The notes under the pieces were generated by a model, which saw nothing but the letters and a program-made list of their open reading frames with translations, searched no databases and was not told where the DNA came from. The position numbers and the translations under genes are program-made. Positions 23,840 through 36,454 of a stretch of DNA of 57,028 bases are shown here, one piece after another; the stretch's first letter is position 1, and every line of letters begins with the position of its first letter. Where the stretch lies: assembly GCA_021432655.1 (NCBI GenBank), contig MU271477.1, positions 1 through 57,028 on the forward strand, given 5' to 3'. This DNA is from Atractiella rhizophila (lineage: Eukaryota).

Positions 23840-25944
23840 ATGGCGCACAGGATACTCCCACTCAACATTCACAAGTCCTTTCGCAACTCGCTCATCCTCA
23901 TCGACGAAGACACTGGCGAGATACAAGTCCTCAAACAGGGCATCAAAGACCTCGCCAGCTCACCCACCGATCCCATACCTATACCTCCAGCAACAAACGC
24001 GAAGACGCCATCATTGGATCCTCCTACAGGACTAGCGAAGGCGGATGGCATAGCGTTTGGGCTGGATGTGAGCGAACCAGAGCATGTACTCAGCGAAAGG
24101 GAGGCCCATTCGCCCCTCACGCCCGTCAATGAACGTGTGGACCACATCGCTGCTCTCTTGACTCCTCTCTATGCACCGTACGATGGACCGCCCGATCCTA
24201 ACGATCCTCATTCCCATCCTGATCCTGAGGAGGAGGACGGGGGTGAGAAGACTCTAGGTTCGACCGTGAAGAAGGCGATCAGGTTTGGTGCGGAGTTGCA
24301 CCCGTCGGATGATGATGTTGAAGAGGAGATTTATCAGGATTTTGGAAGCTCGAAGGACAAGGAAAAGCTGGAGGCGGCGCTGAAGGTCATTGATGAGCGC
24401 TTGTTGGAGGGAGATGACGAGGCATATCAAGTCCCAGGTGCGTTTTCATGATATCCTTTTCTGCATGGGGAGAGAATGAATAATAAGAAATGCTCGTAGG
24501 GGAGGCAACCACTCCAGCACAGAATCAAAAGCAGAATGTACCACAAGTCGCGCCTTCTGCTATTTTCACCACCGCTGCAACACCAGGCCAAACTCTACAA
24601 CAACGCCTTCCCCAAGACACGTCCCATCCTGTAGATCCTTCACAGGTCTATCTTCCTGAATCTGTCCTGCTCACCTCCTCGCACGAGAGAGACGGTACCA
24701 TCTTACCGTCAGACTCTGCCTCCCAGTTCTACACCCGCCTCCTCTCTCCATCCCCTCCTTCTCACCCTCAACATCCGCAACATCCGCAACATGATGAGCA
24801 TTTGTATGCACACGCAGATGGAGATGGGACGCATTCTAGGGACCCTTCGAACCTCCTCCCCACTCCTAGCAAGCTCTACAACCCCTACTCTGCTGCCAAT
24901 AGCGAGGTCCATCAATTACGAGCTGCACCAGACATAGATGCGCCTGCGCCGCCTGTCAAAGACAGCCGGCTCAACGTCATGCAGTCTCTCCCTCCTGCTG
25001 TAGAGTCTGGCGCGATCGAGAAGGAGGAGGAGGGAGAGGAAGAGGAGGGACCGAGGAAGCCAGAGAAGGACTTGCCACACGAGAAAGAAAGATGGGAGAT
25101 GCCGCGCGCGATGGCTGTTGGGAATCGACTTGGAGAAGTCGCTCCCACCCTTCCCGGTCGACGACAAGAGGAGTCCATTGACAGTGGCTATCCCTCGCAC
25201 ATGGAGCCATTCGACGAGGGTGCGCTCCGCGGCCCTCCCCCTGCCCTTCCCTCCAAGGTCCACCATGCCTCTCACTCTCGAGTGCCAACGGAAGCAACGG
25301 ATGTGGATCCCAAAGGGACGTGGAAGACCGCTCCCTCCTTCGTCGGCGAAGAGGACGACGGAGAAGAAGACGCCGTCCTCCTCCCCTTTCCCCCTCCCAC
25401 TCCTCCCCGCTCCACCACTTCAAGCTCAGGACCGAACTCGCTCCCCCGCTCCCGCGTCGCTTCCTCCCAACATCCTCTCTCCCTCCCCAAAGAGCCAGCG
25501 GCGCCATACGCCTACCCTCCGCGATCGTACATCCAAGGAGGCGTCCTACTCGACTTCCTCGCGAACGGCGACATCGTCGCTAAACCCATCGACGAAGAGG
25601 AAGCGGAGGGGGGGAGGTGGAAGGGCAGACAGGTGCTCGAGTTTGGAAAGTGGGCGGCGAGCGGCGTGGCGGGTGGAGTCTGGGGCGTCGTCGGTGGTGT
25701 CGTGTCGGGCGTGGGTGGTGCTGCGTCTTGGTTGGGAACGTGGATTTGGAGCTCGGCGGAGAAGGAGGCGAAGCGGGTTGATGAGGAGGCGAAGAAGAGG
25801 GAGGGCCAGCAGAGGGGGTTTGTGGAACAGGAAGTTAGTAGGTTGAATAAGAATAAGAGAGTGAGCGTGGTTTATTTTGATGGGAGGGGAATGGGGAGGA
25901 GAGTGTTTGTTCCTGGAGAGTGGGAAAGTAGGGGCTTCCTTTGA
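23840..25944 (+). CDS. Hypothetical low-complexity protein (two exons)
   Basis: ORFs 23723-24451 and 24490-25944 joined by a GT-AG intron at about 24438-24499; Gly-rich amphipathic segment near the C-terminus. Confidence 0.6.
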
Positions 25945-26208
25945 TTTTTTCTTTGCCTGTTTTCATCTGTTCATGACCCGGACGACATCATGCCCATGTT
26001 CGAATTTCCAGTTATCAAGTCGTCTATCTATCCAATGTTGTCTTCCTACGGTTTTGGGGTTATCATGGGAATTTGTTCCAAATTTATGATCGATTTCGAT
26101 ATTTCAAAGTGAATGTGTTCAATGTCAGTGAAATGATACCATTACATGCATGTTTCACATTCTACTTTCAGGTGTTCACTTTTTAGATAGAAATCTCGAT
26201 GTTCAGCC

Positions 26209-27690
26209 TCAGGTTGCTGGAAACAAGGTCAAAAGAGGGAAGAGACTGTTTCCACTGATGCCTTTCCCACTTTTGAAGCTTGATGCTATGAAAGGGGAGC
26301 TCGACGTTTTCAGCTGCTCCATTTCCATTTCTCCCTCTCCAAGCCCCATCTCATCAATGTCCGACACCTCCGCAATATCGAACAACTCCTCGCTGCGCGC
26401 ATCATCATCACCTGGATCGGGCACCTCGTATCGCTCCCTAAATCTCCTCCGAATATCTTGCAAGACTGGGGAAGTCCGCTCCGCCTGTTGTTCCCACTTG
26501 TCCATGTTTACAAACGTGGCAGGCCAGAGTTCAAACACCCTGGGATGGACATGATAGTCGAATCGAAGCGGAAATGTATCCTCCTCTTCGAGTTCGAGGT
26601 AGCGGGGGAATTCGTTTGGGGGAGGGGGAGAGGGAGGAGAAGCGTGAAGAGTGAGACGAGATGAGAAGTCTGGCTCGATGCTGAAACTAGAGTCGATCCA
26701 ATCTTCGTCTGGTCCTTGGACCTCGAAGCTGGAGATAGATGACAATGAGGTAATGGGCGGTGGGTCCAAAGAGGAATGAGTGAGGATGTCGACTGAGGGC
26801 TGACGTGGTGGAGACGAAGAGACGCCCTCCACACTTTGATACTTCGACATGTCCGTCTCATCGTAATCCTGTAGAAAGCTGTCTCGTACCTCTTGTTCTG
26901 ATGATACGTTGGAGACCCACGACGTTGACAATGACGGAGAAGGTGGTCTCACATCAGCGGGTCGCTTCTTCGACGGAGTTGAGTGGACGAATCTTCTTAA
27001 TCCCATGTTGGATGGGGAAGACATGTCCAACATCCTCCCATTTGTCGTGGGAGTAAAAATAAGAGAAGATGATTCGTCTGAGGCAGGTTTCGCAGAAGAC
27101 AACGAAAGAATGGATTGGTTTGGATCCGTTTGCATGGGAGCGGCTCGTGAAGGTGCATGAAAAGCAAATGTATCATTATACGACGTTTCGGACAAGCTAC
27201 TCCTTTCAATTTGCTCTGAGTCTGGGTGTGAAGAGGAAGAATGACGAGAAGGTACGGCGAGCCAGTTTGAGCGGTCCAGGAGCCGTCGTCTTTTCCGCGC
27301 AAGAGAGATCTCTGTCCGAAGATCGGGAGTAGTTCAGTATTTAGGAAAGCACAGACCATCATCATAATCTATCTCCCGCAAAAGGGAACTCTCTCTTTGC
27401 CTTTTCCTACTTATCTCCGCCTGCGCGTTGCCGTCCACTGACGGATCATCTACGTCCATTCCTACAGCCACAAGTTCTGTTTCTTTCGATACGTGCTGTG
27501 ACTGAGTTGGCAAAGAACCAGAGGCCATGCTGTCCATATCTCGCCTCGCATGCTGGAATTGAAAAGTGAAGGCTTTGGTGCGTGGGTCGTCATCGCCATT
27601 TTGGACGCTCTTCAGATGGGGTGGAAGGAGCGAGTGCAGCTTCCGATTTGCCATGTAAGCCTGGCACAATGTCGCGTCGAAATAACACAT
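26209..27690 (-). CDS. Hypothetical Ser/Pro-rich protein; boundaries approximate
   Basis: 328-aa ORF 26209-27195 plus upstream ORF 27334-27690 with apparent introns between them. Confidence 0.45.
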
Positions 27691-28152
27691 TTGTTACAGA
27701 GTTGCGCACCTGCTGTGTCCTGCGAAGCGGATCACTGGGCACAGTGACCTGTTAGACGCCGCAACGTAACACGAAGGTGTAGGGTTATCGCACCTTCCGC
27801 GTTTCTTGGCGAATTGCCTGCCTGCCGTCAACTTTTGGGTGAACCCAGAAGAAGAACTCACCGTGCGCCTCCCACGTAGTTGATACCAGCTCCACCCATC
27901 GCGACAACTTGATACCAAGTCAAGAAAAAAACCAAAGATCGCGTCGAAATGACGTGCACCGTCACGTGTTTTTTCAAATGCTGGAGAATCTTGCCAAACA
28001 ATCGCCAACTCCGATCGGAGTGTGCACAGGCCACAGTGCACTAATTTCTTTCTATAAGAGACGGGTGAAACGAACCTCCCCCATCAACGCCAACGCAACC
28101 TTCATCTCATCAACACGATTTATCACCCACATCCAACGCATACATAATCATA

Positions 28153-29286
28153 ATGGCTGCACGTTTTTGTCTGCGAAGCATGAACCTAACTGACTCACAT
28201 CGTTGTTGATGATGCAGGAAGAGCGCGATTCCCGTGTCTACATGGCCAAGTGCGTTGATTTCTTCAAGATAACAGTGTGGCGTTCTTATCCGGAGTGACA
28301 GGCTCGCTGAGCAGGCTGAGCGTTACGATGAGATGGTTACTTATATGAAGGACGTCGCTAAGGTCCGTTTCTTCCTTGATCGCGCCTCCAGAAAGGGGTT
28401 TTGAAGATGATTCTGCGATGGTAACCAGCTCGGCGTCGAGCTCTCTGTTGAAGAGCGAAATCTTCTCTCTGTTGCCTACAAGAATGTCATCGGAGCTCGC
28501 CGTGCATCGTGGAGGATCATCAGCTCGATAGAGCAAAAGGAGGAGCAAAAGGTGCGTTCACAGTTTTTTCGTCGATATAAGGAGGATTAAAGCTGATCGG
28601 ATGTTGTTTGATGGCAGGGTAACGCTCCTCAAGTCGAGAAGATCAAGACCTACCGCCAGAAGGTCGAGGCCGAACTCGGAGATGTCTGCAAGGACATTCT
28701 TGCCGTGCTTGACGAACACCTCATCCCCGCCGCCGCTGCTGGAGAGTCGAAAGTCTTTTACCACAAGATGTCAGACGATTTATTATTACTTCTCGACTAG
28801 TGCTGACGATCTTTTCTGATCTGCAGGAAGGGTGATTATCACCGTTACCTCGCCGAATTCGCTGCTGGCGATCAACGCAAGGGAGCTTCCGAAGCTGCCC
28901 ACGGCGCTTACAAGGTTGCGACTGAGATTGCTCAATCTGACCTTGCTCCTACCCACCCCATCCGTCTTGGACTGGCTCTCAACTTCTCTGTCTTCTATTA
29001 CGAAATCCTCAACTCTCCCGATCGTGCATGCCACCTCGCCAAGCAGGCGTTCGATGACGCTATTGCTGAGCTTGACACCCTGAGCGAGGAGAGCTACAAG
29101 GACTCAACACTCATTATGCAGCTCCTGAGGGACAACCTTACCCTGTGGACTTCGGGTTTGTCGTCCTTGGCAATCTAATTTAAATATGCTAACATGCTCC
29201 GACCAGATCTTCACGATGGTGCTGAAGAGAAGGAGGAGGGAAAGGAGGAGGAAGCCAAGGCTGAGGACGCTGCTCCCGCCGCCTAA
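28153..29286 (+). CDS. 14-3-3 protein
   Basis: Spliced translation [98 protein letters not shown]. Confidence 0.97.
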
Positions 29287-30105
29287 TCGCTTGACGACGA
29301 GAATGGGACGGAAGAGTAATGTGAAGTTATAAGAAATAAGAAGAATAAAGTCGCCATCAGTTTTTGCAAGTTTTTATATCGTCTTTCTTCCCTTCTCCTG
29401 GAGTTTTCCCCATTCGTTCTCTGAGAGCAGTGTCTTTTTCCGTCGTAGCGAGTGGAATTGATACTTTTGCCATTTACTCCAGTTCCTACCCCCTTGTAGC
29501 ACACTTTGCAACACCTTGAGCACACTCCGGAACATTTTTGGTAGGGACTTAGGTCGAACGTTAACTGTCATTACTGCAGTGTAATGTAATGTTCATCCTC
29601 CATCTCCTGACCCTTGTAGCCTGTCTCTATTCCTATTCCGCTGTACCGTTGCTTATTTGAGGAAAGCGCTCCGTCGAGATGCGATCACGAAGTCAGTCTG
29701 CCCCAAGAACCACTGTTCAGCCGGGCTGAAAATGCTTCATATACGATACGATGACCATCTAGTGCGATGCTATGAAGGTGATGGACCCCGTTTCGCCACA
29801 TACTTTCTTTGTCCCACAGTAGGACGATGGAAGCAACCGGGAAGCAACCTGGGCGTGCACGAGACATTTGGCGTTTTGGGTGACCTCATCTAACAGATCT
29901 GAAGATGTCCACCTTGGAAGTGGATGGAACCATGTCGAGGACGCAGATCTGGGCAGTTTTCGATGCGCTCGTCGTGGCGTTGGTTTACTTAAAAGAGCTG
30001 GCTGAAGCAAAGTTTTGTGAGTTCTTCCCCTTTCCAAGCCTTCAGCGCTCTGTTCCTTTGGCTGAAGAAGACTTTGCAGTTTTCAACGCGTTCAACTTGT
30101 GAAAT

Positions 30106-33100
30106 ATGTCGTCCAAGGATTTAGAAGTGAATCAGAAGGCTGTCATGGACGAGAAGAAGCGTTCTTCGATGGAGGATATGGACGAGAAGGAGGATGGGCT
30201 CGGCGTAATCACCGATGTTGAGAAGGCTTCGATGGCAGATGCGAGGGAGAGGGAAGAGGCTATGAAGATTGGCGTAAAGCCTGCCTTTTTGGCGAAGTCT
30301 AGAGTCCTTAATAAAGCACTGGCTGAGGTTAGCTTTGCCTTCATACTTTTTCCAACTTTGTTTTCTATTGAGTCTGTGCTGATGTATGGCTGTACATGGA
30401 CCAGTGCGGCATGGGTCGATAGTTCGTTGATTTCTTTCCCGACCATATCTAACGTTGAAACTTACTCTGTGCAGCCAATGGGAACTGTTCTTCACTGCTG
30501 GGTCGGTTGAATCCCTCTTCTTTAGCAACATGTTACTGATCCATTTGCGTTGGCGCAGTCTCGGGTGGTATGCAGACAACATCTGGCTACAAGCAATTTC
30601 GATTGTCATGCCTGCTGTTTCGTATGAGTTGAAGGGAGAGCCCCAAGTACGACTGTCGAGTCTTGCACTTTATGCGGGTTTGATTGTTGGTGCAACTTTC
30701 TGGGGATGCAGCTGTGATATTGTTGGGTATGTGCTTCAACTTCACAACCGTTTCTGCTGAAAACACATGGGTGTAGGCGAAGGCTTGCTTGGAACGCAAC
30801 ACTCCTCATTGGCGGTATATTCGGTGTTGCTGCTGGTGTGTCCATAACGTTGCGTGCACTGAAAATTGAACATTGAACTGGAAACGAAGGTGCTGCTCCA
30901 AATTTCACGGCTCTTTGCGTTCTCTTGTCCTTCATTGGTTTTGGTACGTTTGCCATTTTACCTTCACACCCTAACTAAATGTATTCTGTAGGCGTTGGTG
31001 GCAACCTTCCGTATGCCGTTAGTCTCACATTGCGGCGAGGGCGCTTATCCGTATGACAGAGTTGACGGAGCTTTATTCCTTGAATTTTTACCTGGCAGAA
31101 AGTTAGTTCTATTTATCTAATCATTTGTTTCTTTTCTGATCTGGGCATACAGCCAATACCTCCTGACACTCCTCTCTGTCTGGTGGGCTGTTGGGCAGGT
31201 CGTCGCGTCTCTGATTGCCTGGGCGTTCCTTGCTAAGTATAGCTGCGATCCAACGATCGAGGTTTGTCTTCATGCCAGTGCAGGACCAACATGTGACAGC
31301 TTTCGTAGGAATGCACACGAGACAATAATCAGGGTTGGAGATACACCTACTACACGCTGGGAGCCCACATGATCTTTCTTTCGGCATTCAGACTTTGGCT
31401 GCTTCCCATGGACGAAAGCCCCAAGTTCCTTTGCGCCATCGTAAGTTCCCACTTGAAGACCGAACAGTTCTGAGCAGAGACTACAGGGGAGAGATCAAGA
31501 TGCGGTGGACGTCATTCACAAGGTAGCACGCAAGAATGGGCGAGTTTCTACTTTGACGGTTGAAGATCTTCGTCGGGCAGCGGCGCCATTTACGGTTGGA
31601 GGAAGTGTCGAGGAGACGACTACGAAATTTTCGCTTTGGGAGCTGCTTAAGCATTCTTTCGACGACTTCAATGGCGAACATATTAAAGGCTTGTTCGCGA
31701 CACCTAGACTGGCTTGGAACACTTCGCTCATCATCTACATATACGCCTCAATCGGTCTTGCTTATCCCTTGTTCAATCAATTCTTGGTGAGATCTCGCGC
31801 CATGAAATGGGATGCAAGACTGAACATAATACAGGGTCAATACCTTGCAAGCAAGAATGCAGCTTTGGGAGGAGGCAGCGCTTCTATCGATGCTACATAC
31901 TCGACATATTCGTATCAAGCTGCCTGTGGAGTTCCCGGTTCACTCGTTGCCGCCTTATTGGTTGAAATGAAGATGGGAGGAAGAAAGTTTGCGATGGCAT
32001 TCTTCACGATTGCCTCGGGCATTTGCCTGTTTGGACTTACGCAAATCAAGACTACAGCAGGACTGAACGGTCTCACATCCATCAACGCCTTTTTCCAGTG
32101 GGTCCTTCAGCTTATTTCACTGCATACAGCACTGACATTTCTTTAGAAATGCGTGAGCTTTTCAAAGTCTGGCTAAAGTTTATATGCCTATAGCGCTGTG
32201 CAGGTATTATGGGGTGATCTATGCATATTCTCCTGAAGTTTTCCCGTCGCCTCATCGAGGCACTGGTGATGCCATTGCCAGCGCTGCCAATCGGTAAGTT
32301 CTTTGCTCCTCTCAGTATTCCAGAGAGGGAAGAGGCTATGAAGATTGGCGTAAAGCCTGCCTTTTTGGCGAAGTCTAGAGTCCTTAATAAAGCACTGGCT
32401 GAGGTTAGCTTTGCCTTCATACTTTTTCCAACTTTGTTTTCTATTGAGTCTGTGCTGATGTATGGCTGTACATGGACCAGTGCGGCATGGGTCGATAGTT
32501 CGTTGATTTCTTTCCCGACCATATCTAACGTTGAAACTTACTCTGTGCAGCCAATGGGAACTGTTCTTCACTGCTGGGTCGGTTGAATCCCTCTTCTTTA
32601 GCAACATGTTACTGATCCATTTGCGTTGGCGCAGTCTCGGGTGGTATGCAGACAACATCTGGCTACAAGCAATTTCGATTGTCATGCCTGCTGTTTCGTA
32701 TGAGTTGAAGGGAGAGCCCCAAGTACGACTGTCGAGTCTTGCACTTTATGCGGGTTTGATTGTTGGTGCAACTTTCTGGGGATGCAGCTGTGATATTGTT
32801 GGGTATGTGCTTCAACTTCACAACCGTTTCTGCTGAAAACACATGGGTGTAGGCGAAGGCTTGCTTGGAACGCAACACTCCTCATTGGCGGTATATTCGG
32901 TGTTGCTGCTGGTGTGTCCATAACGTTGCGTGCACTGAAAATTGAACATTGAACTGGAAACGAAGGTGCTGCTCCAAATTTCACGGCTCTTTGCGTTCTC
33001 TTGTCCTTCATTGGTTTTGGTACGTTTGCCATTTTACCTTCACACCCTAACTAAATGTATTCTGTAGGCGTTGGTGGCAACCTTCCGTATGCCGTTAGTC

Positions 33101-34575
33101 TCACATTGCGGCGAGGGCGCTTATCCGTATGACAGAGTTGACGGAGCTTTATTCCTTGAATTTTTACCTGGCAGAAAGTTAGTTCTATTTATCTAATCAT
33201 TTGTTTCTTTTCTGATCTGGGCATACAGCCAATACCTCCTGACACTCCTCTCTGTCTGGTGGGCTGTTGGGCAGGTCGTCGCGTCTCTGATTGCCTGGGC
33301 GTTCCTTGCTAAGTATAGCTGCGATCCAACGATCGAGGTTTGTCTTCATGCCAGTGCAGGACCAACATGTGACAGCTTTCGTAGGAATGCACACGAGACA
33401 ATAATCAGGGTTGGAGATACACCTACTACACGCTGGGAGCCCACATGATCTTTCTTTCGGCATTCAGACTTTGGCTGCTTCCCATGGACGAAAGCCCCAA
33501 GTTCCTTTGCGCCATCGTAAGTTCCCACTTGAAGACCGAACAGTTCTGAGCAGAGACTACAGGGGAGAGATCAAGATGCGGTGGACGTCATTCACAAGGT
33601 AGCACGCAAGAATGGGCGAGTTTCTACTTTGACGGTTGAAGATCTTCGTCGGGCAGCGGCGCCATTTACGGTTGGAGGAAGTGTCGAGGAGACGACTACG
33701 AAATTTTCGCTTTGGGAGCTGCTTAAGCATTCTTTCGACGACTTCAATGGCGAACATATTAAAGGCTTGTTCGCGACACCTAGACTGGCTTGGAACACTT
33801 CGCTCATCATCTACATATACGCCTCAATCGGTCTTGCTTATCCCTTGTTCAATCAATTCTTGGTGAGATCTCGCGCCATGAAATGGGATGCAAGACTGAA
33901 CATAATACAGGGTCAATACCTTGCAAGCAAGAATGCAGCTTTGGGAGGAGGCAGCGCTTCTATCGATGCTACATACTCGACATATTCGTATCAAGCTGCC
34001 TGTGGAGTTCCCGGTTCCCTCGTTGCCGCCTTATTGGTTGAAATGAAGATGGGAGGAAGAAAGTTTGCGATGGCATTCTTCACGATTGCCTCGGGCATTT
34101 GCTTGTTTGGACTTACGCAAATCAAGACTACAGCAGGACTGAACGGTCTCACATCCATCAACGCCTTTTTCCAGTGGGTCCTTCAGCTTATTTCACTGCA
34201 TACAGCACTGACATTTCTTTAGAAATGCGTGAGCTTTTCAAAGTCTGGCTAAAGTTTATATGCCTATAGCGCTGTGCAGGTATTATGGGGTGATCTATGC
34301 CTATTCTCCTGAAGTTTTCCCGTCGCCTCATCGAGGCACTGGTGATGCCATTGCCAGCGCTGCCAATCGGTAAGTTCTTTGCTCCTCTCAGTATTCCACG
34401 CCTAATCATCCCACTCTTTAAACAGAATAACCGGGTATGTTTCCCCTCGAATCAATCCCACACCATTTCCATTCAAGCTCATTGACGGTGATAGATTTTT
34501 TGCCCCGGTGATTGCAATCTACTCCGAGGCTGCAAAGACACCCGACGGACCTGTTTTCGCATCAGCTGCCATCTG
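30106..34575 (+). CDS. MFS transporter (SV2/sugar-porter-like) interrupted by an internal tandem duplication; last exon unreadable
   Basis: GWYADNIWLQ, GATFWGCSCDIVGRR, GVGGNLPVDG, MDESPKFL, YAYSPEVFP; many micro-exons; colinear with the paralogue at 39836-42423. Confidence 0.85.
30247..34398 (+). repeat. Near-identical head-to-tail duplication of a 2,076-bp unit (30247-32322 / 32323-34398)
   Basis: Identical ORFs offset by 2076 (e.g. 30455 vs 32531; 31505 vs 33581); only three substitutions noticed. Confidence 0.97.
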
Positions 34576-35018
34576 TAAGCACTAACCATCGTTTATCCTT
34601 CTATGGTTGAGACTTATCCCCTCAAAAGCCGAACAAACCGAACTGGCAAGCCGCCCCCAACCAAAAAAAACGCAAGGAAAAAAGCCAATTAAAAACCGGT
34701 GAAAAATAACCCAACCACCAATGGAACAACCTCCGCCCAACGGCAACCAACCAAGGCAAAAAACCGTAAAATGAACAAAAACCAAAACCCGGAAAGTGGG
34801 AAAAACAATTGAACAAGTCCAGTCATGGTAACGGGTGCGATGAGTAATATGAGAAGGCTACTGTCTATAGTACCGTGAATTTCATTAATATTATACTCAT
34901 GTTGCATGGAACAAGCCAAACACAGAGAAAATAAACACTCCATCACGTACGTCACATTCCATAATTCATTATCTTTCGAGACCCGAACCAATCACAATGC
35001 GCCGTGCCATCTTCTGCT

Positions 35019-36353
35019 CTAAGAGCGAGACTTTCTGAAGTCCGCTTCGGCTTGAGAAGCAAGCGACTGAATTTGCGAGAACAACAATTGAGTTAGAGAA
35101 TAGGATGAGAAAAGGGGAAGGAACCCTCACGTCAATTTCGCCTTGGATAGACTTCAAGTCGTCTGCGGCCTGTTGATAGAAAGCGTACTGGGCGTCCACA
35201 AACCGGCTGAGAGCTTTCAAAGCGTCCGGCTGTCCAGTCCCATAACCTCAGGTTCTATCTCAGAAGTGAGAGGAGTAAGGAACGCACGCTTTCCAAAACG
35301 CTCCTCATCAGGCTGATAGCTTCCTCTGTCGTGTTGACCAGCTTTTCCTCCGCAGCCTCCACATCCAACCTGGCCTGTTCAATTCGAGGGTCTCCATTGT
35401 TGATGCCCTTCATCGAGGTCCTAGCAGCATCGAGTGAGACCCTAGCGGCCTTAACGGCAGCGCGGGACTTGAGGGCCGCCTGAATGGACTGATTGAGGTT
35501 AGCCATCCAGGGCTTATTGAACGTCTGGGAGATTTTCATGTCTTGCCGCATACGTGCGTCACCTATCTTCTCTTGAGCCAAGGCGAACGCCTGTAATCCA
35601 AGTCCCAACTTGTCACCTTGACCGCCTAGCTCCATCGCGCCGCTGCCAGCTGCACGAGAGAGGGCATGAGGCAGCGTTTTCTTTTGTTCAACGGGCTTCT
35701 ATCGAGCGGTTAAGAACAGAATAAGAAGGAATTGAAGAGACCTACATCGGCAACTGTCGGTGAAGGCAGACTCGTCCCCTTCGTCGCCGCATTGGCCCAA
35801 AAGCTGAGGTTATGGGTAATGCTCTTCAACTGGCGTCAAAATTTCCTTTGCTAGGGGGCAGGGACGAACCTGCGAGAGTTGGGACGCCGACTCCCCCAAG
35901 TTCGTGGGATAGTCATACGATGAAGAATCGTATACCTTTGCTTGATTCATCTACTTGTTCCTGGAGCTGACAAGCAAAGACACACCTTTGTGACCTTCAA
36001 AAGGTACGCATGCGCATCTTTCAACGAGTCTACCCTCCTCTCCAACAGCTTATAATCCTCCGGCAACTCCGTCAGCTCGTCCGCGGTACCAAGCGTCTCC
36101 CTCGCCCTGAATGCACCGTATTCATTCCGGATTTCGGGAGAGAGTTAAGGGAGCATACGATTGCGTGAGACTCTGCCATTGCTTGGTGAATTTGTTGCCC
36201 GTGCCCTGCAGCTGTGGGAGGCTGTTGGAGACGCCAGAGAGGTCTACCGACTGGAAAGAGTTGGAGACTTTAGAAGTGAGGTTTCTGTATCAGCCTATCG
36301 TTAGCCATTAGACGAGTGTCAGGTAGAAATACTCACTTCCAGCTTGCTGCCAT
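35019..36353 (-). CDS. GVP36: BAR-domain protein, Gvp36-like
   Basis: RETLGTADELTELPEDYKLLERRVD, YDYPTNLGES, KTLPHALSRAA, ARLDVEAAEEKLVNTTEEAISLM; ends AEADFRKSRS*. Confidence 0.85.
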
Positions 36354-36454
36354 CGTTGAATTCAGCCAGAGCGATGAATGATGCGGTTAATGTGAATTGA
36401 TGCAGTCGCCATTGATGACAATCTTCCCAATCAAGAAGTTCCCACTTCACGACG

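Noticed and set aside
34621..34815. Strikingly T-poor, A/C-run-rich tract that could suggest a repeat, retro-insertion or edited sequence
   Set aside because: It sits where the last MFS exon should be and retains garbled traces of it (CCGAACTGGC vs TCGACTGGC in the paralogue); most likely low-quality consensus sequence
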